Assembly: GCF_009914755.1 (NCBI RefSeq)
Contig: NC_060931.1
Length of the DNA: 64,000 nucleotides
Source: the human T2T-CHM13v2.0 reference genome, Homo sapiens
Strand: one strand, 5' to 3'
Under the pieces are notes generated by a model. It ran no database searches. It was not told where the DNA came from and saw only the letters and a program-made list of their open reading frames with translations. The position numbers and the translations under genes were made by a program. The stretch's first letter is position 1. Every line of letters starts with the position of its first letter. Below are positions 53,090-64,000 of the stretch, piece after piece.

Positions 53090-53480
53090 TGGCCTGCTGC
53101 CTCCAGCGTCCAGCCTTTCCCCCGGCCTTCAGGACCAGCAAGGGCGGGACACCTGCTTGGCGCTGGCGCGCGGCCCCTTTAAGAGCACAGGGTGGGCCTG
53201 GCGGCGTCCGCGGTTGCCTGGAGACCGGAGCCGGGTCTGGGACGCCGAGAGCCCGGCAACACCTCAGCCCGAGCCCGGCGAGGTCTCTGGGCTCCTGGAG
53301 CGAGGTGAGCGCCCCAGGCCGCGGTCCTGCGTACGCCGGGACAGCCATGGCGACTGGGTCCTGCTCCTTCCCGGCCGGACTGACGCGGCCTCCCAGGACC
53401 CGAGCACGTGCGTGATGGGCGAGGAGGGCCTAGGCCGGGCAGACCAGTGCAGGGAGCCGATTCTTCCCGGCTCACCGTAG
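53090..53480 (+). promoter_or_regulatory. RSPH10B2: CpG-rich RSPH10B2 promoter/5' exon with an RFX X-box
   Basis: CpG-rich patch 3.3 kb upstream of the ATG; GTTGCCTGGAGAC at 53213-53225; candidate donor GAG|GTGAGC near 53305. Confidence 0.65.
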
Positions 53481-54292
53481 ACACAGGAGAGAGATGGCCT
53501 CTCCTTAAGCCCAGGAGAACAGAGGAAACATTAGGAAACGCACTGAGAAACGAAATTGGCTTGATTTGTAGTTCACTTATTTGTAGATCACTGACAGAAG
53601 ACCGAAAAGCTCGTAGTAAAGGCCCCTCTAAATTTAGAGGTGAGAGCACCTTGGGCTAGGGGACCCAGGGGCGGCTTCGCTGAGACAGTAGTCGGGGGCG
53701 GGAAGGAGCAAGGGTGTTGGAAGGAAGAGAGAAGGCTTGGCCGGGCGCGGTGGCTCACGCCTGTAACCCCAGCACTTTTGGGAGGCCGAGGCGGGCGGAT
53801 CACCTGAGGTTAGGAGTTTGAGACCAGCCTGGGCAACATGGTGAAACCCTGGCTCTACTAAAAATACAAAAATTAGCCGGGAGTGGTTGCAGGCACCTGT
53901 AATCCCAACTACTTGGGAGGCTAGGGCAGAAGAATCACTTGAACCCGGAAGGTTGCAGTGAGCCAAGACTGTGCCACTGCACTCCAGCCTGGGTGACAGA
54001 GCGAGACCCTGTCTCAATAAATAAATAATGGAGGAAGAGAGAAGGCTGGAGATGGGTTCAGCTGGAGGGTGGGGTGTCCAGAGGATGGCATCCAGGAAGA
54101 AGAGGGCAAGAAGTGCCCACTGCACCCGTCGGGGCCTACGAAAAGGGACCAGACCTGGCCTTCACCACAGGGCTCACCTATGCATCCTGCCTGATGGACC
54201 AGGGTGCTTTCAGCGGGGCCAGATTAGGAAAGCCATGAAAACTATGGCTTTGAAACCCTGCACCGCAGCTCATATGCCAGACAAGCAAAGAT

Positions 54293-54376
54293 ATGCGCTG
54301 GAAACGGAGCTCGAGCAACGATGCGCTGGAAATACAGCTCAAGCAACCATGCGCTGGAAACGCAACTCCAGCACAC
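54293..54376. repeat. Three copies of a 28-bp unit starting ATGCGCTGGAAA
   Basis: Units start at 54293, 54321 and 54349. Confidence 0.85.
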
Positions 54377-54743
54377 CGGTCCTTGCTTGTCCGGCATATG
54401 AGAGGCACTCAATCGATGGCAGTGCTAGAGGGAGTGGGAAACCAATGATTTCAAGTTTGAAAACAGGAAAGGGACGAGATAATCACTCAATTTATTGACT
54501 TTGCTCTGTATCCTGTACTTAGGGATTTTTCTGTGTGTCATCGGTTTAATTCTTATGAGACAAGGTTCTGTTATTTCTATTTGTGAGGCAGAGGAGATTA
54601 AGCAGCTTGCTTCAGAACACAGCACTTGGCCGAGCTCAGTGGCTCATGCCCGCAATCCTAGCACTTTGGGAGGAGAAGGTGGGAAGATTGCTTGAGGCCA
54701 GGAGTTTGAAACCAGCCTGGGCAAAATGTACAACACCCCGTCT

Positions 54744-54777
<34 letters not shown>

Positions 54778-55293
54778 AAACCAGCCAGGCACGGTGGCTC
54801 ACACTTGTAATCCCAGCACTTTGGGAGGCCAAGGCGGGCAGATCACGAGGTCAGGAGTTCGACACCAGCCTGGCCAACACAGTGAAACCCCATCTCTACT
54901 AAAAATACAAAAATTAGCTGAGTATGGAGGCAGGTGCCTGTAATCCCAGCTACTCGAGAGGCTGAGGCAGGAGAATCACTTGAACCTGCAGTGAGGTTGC
55001 AGTGAGCCAGTGAGCCAAGATCCTGCCACTGCATTCCAACCTGCAGGACAGGGCTAGAGAGTCTGTCTAAAAAAAAAAAAAAAAAACAAACCCAAAAAAC
55101 ACAGAACTGGGCCGGGCACCCACACCCGGTGACTCACGCCTGTAATCCCAGCACTTTGGAGGCCAAGGCGGGCAGATCACGAGGTCAGGAGATCGAGACC
55201 ATCCTGGCTAACCCGGTGAAACCCCGTCTCTACTAAAAATACAAAAAGAATTAGCCAGGTGTGGTGGCGGGTGCCTGTAGTCCCAGCTACTCA

Positions 55294-55482
<189 letters not shown>

Positions 55483-55494
55483 TTACAATGCTGA

Positions 55495-55641
<147 letters not shown>

Positions 55642-56787
55642 TGAGTAGCTGGGATTACAGGCATGTGCCACCATGCCTGGCTAATTTTTTGTATTTTTAG
55701 TAGAGACGGGGTTTCACAGTGTTAGCCAGGGTGGTCTCAATCTCCTGACCTCGTGATCCACCTGCCTTGGCCTCCCAAAGTGCTGGGACTACAGGTGTGA
55801 GCCACTGCATCCGGCCAGAGAGGGGCTTTTAAAGTGTGAATTGGCTGCATGCAAGACCTGAGAGGTGAAGTAGCCTATTTCATGTGTAGGGTTACCTTTC
55901 AAGAAACAATGCTAGACAATGGTTCCAACTTAAATAATTTTTGGGGCAAGGTACAGTGGCTCACACCTATAATCCCAGCACTTTGGGAGGCTGAGACAGG
56001 CGGATTGCTTGAGCTCAGGAGTTCCAGACCAGCCGGGGCAAGATAGCAAGACCCTGTCTCTACAAAAAATTAGCCAGGTGTGGTAATGCATGCCTGTGGT
56101 CCCAGCTACTTGGGAGGCTGAGATGGAAGGATCGTCAGAGCCTAGGAGGTTGAGGCTAGAGTGAGCTGTGATTGTGCCACTGCCCTCCAGCCTGGGTGAC
56201 AGAGTGAGACTCTGTCTCAAAAATTAAAAATAAAAAAATTTTAGGAACAAGCAATGCGATGTTGAGGTTGTATTTTTATAAACTGATGGTACTTGAAACT
56301 TGTAATTATAGTCATTTTTGAGACAGAGTCTTGCTCTGATACCCAGACTGGAGTGCAGTGGTGTGACACTACTCACTGCAGCCTCGACCTCCCAGGCTCA
56401 AGCAGTCCTCCCACCTGAGCCTCCCTAGTAGCTGGGACTACAGGCATGTGCCACCACGCCTGGCTAATTTATTTTTATTTTTTGTAGAGAGGTGGCATCT
56501 CACTACGTGGCCTAGGCTGATCTCCCTCTCCTGGACTCACATGATCCTCCCACCTTGGCCCTTCAACGTGCTGAGATCGCAGGTGTGAGCCACCACACCC
56601 GGCCCTGGTAACTAATTTTTCAGACTTTGTCAGGAGAATGATAATGACATTGTGTTGTAAAACTGAAATTTTAACTACAAATGAAAACCCCAAGTGTTTG
56701 GAGACGTAATTTTTATTTTTCAGATAAAACTCATCAGTGCTTTGAAACAAGCAGCTCTGAACCAAAGAAATCATTTGATTCAAGTAA

Positions 56788-57347
<560 letters not shown>

Positions 57348-57870
57348 TGAGCCACCTGCCTCAGCCTCCCAAAGTGCTGGGATTACAGGCGTAAGCCACT
57401 GTGCCTGGCCTGAAGGTAATTTTATGTATTTAAAAAAATTATTTTATTTTAGATTTAGAGGGTTACATGTGCAGGTTTGTTACATGGGCATGTTGTGTGA
57501 TGCTGAGGTTTGGGCTTCTAAGTAAGCCCATCACCCAAATAGCAAACATACAGCCCCATGGCGTGTGTATATATAGAGTTTATTGTGGTGAAACATATAA
57601 CAAAATGTACTATCTTAATTATTTTAAGTGTACAATTCAATGGCATTAAGTACGTTCATAGTGTTGTACGACCGTCTATTAAATAGTAACTCCTGGCCAG
57701 ATGCGGTGGTTCAAGCCTGTAATCCCAGCACTTTGGGAGGCTGAGGCGGGCAGATCACTTGAGGCCAGGAGTTTGAGACCAGTCTGGCCAATATGGTGAA
57801 ACTCCATCTCTACTAAAAACACAATAATTAGCTGGGCGTGGTGACATGTGCCTGTAATCCCAGCTACTCA

Positions 57871-57978
<108 letters not shown>

Positions 57979-58140
57979 TCAAAAAAAATCCCCAAAAAAC
58001 AAACAAAAAAACCCCGAAACGCCTTCATTCCTCACCCTACTTTCAAACCCCTGGTAACCTCTTCTACTTTCTAGCTCTGTGTATATATATATATATATTT
58101 TTTTTTCTGACTTCATTCTTCCCATTACATAGTTATATAG

Positions 58141-58332
<192 letters not shown>

Positions 58333-58925
58333 TGATGGTCGTAGATTTGTAAATCTTCAGTAAAATCCACTGATGCTTCAAAAGAAATCGGAAGCTCTTC
58401 ATGCCGATTTTATTCTGAAACCTGATTACCTATTTAAGGTAAAAATAATGCTCAATATAACAAAAGTTATTTTAGATTTGTTTCTTTTCCTGATTATTTT
58501 ATATTTTTTGAGACAGGGTCTCACTGTGTCACCCAAGCTGGAGTGCAGTGGCACAATCATAACTCATTGTGGCCTCGACCTCCTGGAGTCAAATGATCCT
58601 CCCTCCTCAGCCTCTTGAATAGCTGGGACTACAGGTGTGAGCTAGCACGCCTGGCTAATTTAATTTAATTTTTTTTTTTTTTGGTAGAGACAAGGAGTTG
58701 CTATGTTGCCAGGGCTGGTCTTGAACTGCCGGGCACAAGTTATCCTCCTGCCTCAGACTCCTAAAGTGCTGGGATTGCAGGTGTGAGCCCCCGCACCCGG
58801 TTGAGAACACATTTTTGTAGCTGAGGTCATCCTTAGGTCATGAAGATGAGGACCTCTTAGATCCTTTTTAGAGAAGGATGGAGCCCAGCATGGAGGCAGC
58901 TCAGAGTAGGACTCACTAGGACTCA

Positions 58926-59452
<527 letters not shown>

Positions 59453-60604
59453 TGATTATTGGATGGAACAATCAGTTTCCCACAATTGAACAGACTGTTT
59501 TCGTAGATGTCATTCAGCATATGGGTTAAGAAAAATTTGCAGAACCAGAGGATCTAGTAACTCATGACTGCATGGGACCCGCCAGTAATTGTTATTGGTT
59601 TCATCTGTGTGTTCTAGAGGTATTCTATGTGTTCTAAGCACAGAGAGCACACGTACATGTATGTAGCTTGTCCTACTTTTTTCTTTGAGACAGGGTCTTG
59701 CTCTGTTGCCCAGGCTGGAGTATAGTGGTACGATCATAACACTGCAGCCTGGAACTTCTGTAGCCTGTCTTGCTTTTTACAAACACACATAGTTTATTAT
59801 ACACTCTCTTTGGCATATTTACTTAGTTAGTTAGTGAGTCTGAGATGGGGTCTTGCTCTGTCACCCAGGCTGTAGTGCAGTGGTGAGATCATGACTCACT
59901 GCAGCCTTGAACTCCTAGGCTCAAGTGATCCTGTTGGCTCAGCCTGCTGAGTAGCTGTGACTAGAGGTGTGCTCCGCAGCACGCGGCTAATTTATTTTTA
60001 CTTTTTTTTTTTTTTTTTGTAGAGACAGGGTTTGCCATGTTGCCCAGGCTGGTCTCGAACTCCTAAGCTTAAGCGATCCTCCCACCTTGGCCTCCCAAAG
60101 TGCTGGGGATTACAGGCGTGAGCCACCACACCTGGCCTGTACCTTTAATTTTGAGATCAAACCATATCCATTCATGTAGATCTGTTTTTAGTGGCTGCAT
60201 GTATTCCATTATGTGGCTTTTATTTAACCTGTCTTGTGGGGTTGAGGGGAATGTGTATTTTTAAGCTGATTGCAAGGACCAAATTGTTCGCCAAGAGATT
60301 GTACCAGGCTCAATTCCCACCCACAAAGTGAGTGAGCACCTGAAATGCTATTCTAAAAATCCCAAATGCAGAGTTGCTAACAGATGGTGTTTATAAATGG
60401 TAATGATGACATTTAAAACACATGCGCATAACGCACTTATTCAAATAACACACAGGCAATGATGGAAACGGAGTCAAGTTTGGGCCGGGAAGCCACCTGC
60501 AGCTGGGCGGTGAGAGGCATGCTGCAGAGGAGCGGGGAGAGGGAGGGAGGGGCTGACCGTCACTGGCGGGGCAAGGAGGATCTCCAAGTTCCAGGGGAGC
60601 CTGA

Positions 60605-61010
<406 letters not shown>

Positions 61011-61385
61011 TAAGTGACAACTTACCAAGAACCGCCCTGTGCCTCGTTGTCTCGGGAAACTCCCGGCAGGGGGGGAGGTCATTTTTGCAGGCACAGACCC
61101 CCACTCCAGCCCAGTCAGGGGGGCTTCTGGGCAGGACTCGGGGGGCTCCTAGAAGCATTCTCAGAGGCCGACTGGCCTCATGGGTCCTGGCTGGTGATCA
61201 GGCCACGGCGTGCTGTCCTCTTTTCTCTGCTGCTGTGGCTGCCTCCAGGGAGTTCAGGTTCCTGGAAGAGAATCCGATGCTGCTGGGTGCTGTGCACTGT
61301 GCTGCCTGCTGCCCACTCAGGCGTCCTGGGCAGAGCGCGTTCCCTGGCAGGTGCCCCTGGGGCAGGCTGTTGGCTGATTTGTTTA

Positions 61386-61859
<474 letters not shown>

Positions 61860-62003
61860 TCACTGCAGCCTCAACCTCCTGGGCTCAACAGATCCTCTCA
61901 CGTCAGCACCCCCAAAGTGCTGGGATTATAGGCGTGCACCACTGCACCTTGGTGGCCAGCACCTGTAGTCCCAGCTACTTGGGAGGCCAAGGTGGGAAGA
62001 TCA

Positions 62004-62267
<264 letters not shown>

Positions 62268-62345
62268 CTAGGCATGATGGCTCATGCCTGTTAAATGCCT
62301 GTTAATCTCAGCACTTTGGGAAGCCGAGGCAGGTGGATCACCTCA

Positions 62346-62528
<183 letters not shown>

Positions 62529-62995
62529 CTACAGCCTGGGCGACAGAGTGAGACTCTGTCTCAAAAATAAAAACAAAAACAAATAAAATCTTTTTCTAGA
62601 GACAGGGTCTTCCTAGGTTGCCCAGACTGGCCTCAAATTCCCGGCCTCAAGCAGTCCTCCCGCCTCAGTCTCCCAAAGTGCTGTGATTACAAGTGTGAGC
62701 CACTGCACCTTGCCAAGGTGGGTTCTAAGAATCTGAAGTTCCCCAGGTCAGGATTGGAAGCCAGCACTTTCCAACGTCACCTGCTTGTTTCTTCGAAGTT
62801 GGTCAACCTGCAACCTCCCAGATATTTCCTCCTGCCTGAGCTTCCGCCCACTGGTCGGGTCAGATGAGAGAGGATGCGATGAGAGCAGACAAGGAAGGAA
62901 GAGAGAGAGTGTGAGGGGGATGTTCAGTGTGTCCACAGGAGAGGCAAGAACAGAATCAGAGGTCAAGCAGCTCCTGGAACCGCCCGCAGGACTAG

Positions 62996-63918
<923 letters not shown>

Positions 63919-64000
63919 TAGACAGCAGCATCTGCATGGCTGCAAGAAGGAATGAGTTTGCCTGATCATGAGAAAGAAGATAGAAAAATTCTCTCTCACA

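Overview
This is Alu-dense human (or great-ape) genomic DNA, recognised from its exons as the 7p22.1 segment ZNF12 - SPDYE pseudogene - PMS2CL - RSPH10B2. From left to right: (1) the 5' end of the KRAB zinc-finger gene ZNF12 on the minus strand (CpG-island exon 1; exon 2 encodes MNKSL), with an L2-embedded compound minisatellite in intron 2; (2) LTR/ERV debris; (3) a multi-exon, frameshifted Speedy/RINGO-E pseudogene on the minus strand (~12.5-21.2 kb); (4) a diverged, inverted copy of the ZNF12 promoter, exon 1, exon 2 and part of intron 2 on the plus strand (~28.7-32.4 kb; exon 2 encodes MNTLQ); (5) PMS2CL, with PMS2 exons 9 and 11-15, no exon 10 and two frameshifts in exon 11; (6) the promoter and first four coding exons of the MORN-repeat radial-spoke gene RSPH10B2. 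The most interesting signal is a chimeric unit. The ZNF12-derived start exon is phase-compatible with PMS2CL exons 9 and 11, giving a 231-aa spliced ORF. Exons 12-15 separately keep an intact 191-aa ORF with all MutL endonuclease motifs. Gene identities and PMS2 c./p. numbering are from recall and were not checked by search; transcription and translation of these ORFs cannot be shown from sequence alone. Most ORFs in the supplied track are Alu or low-complexity artefacts.
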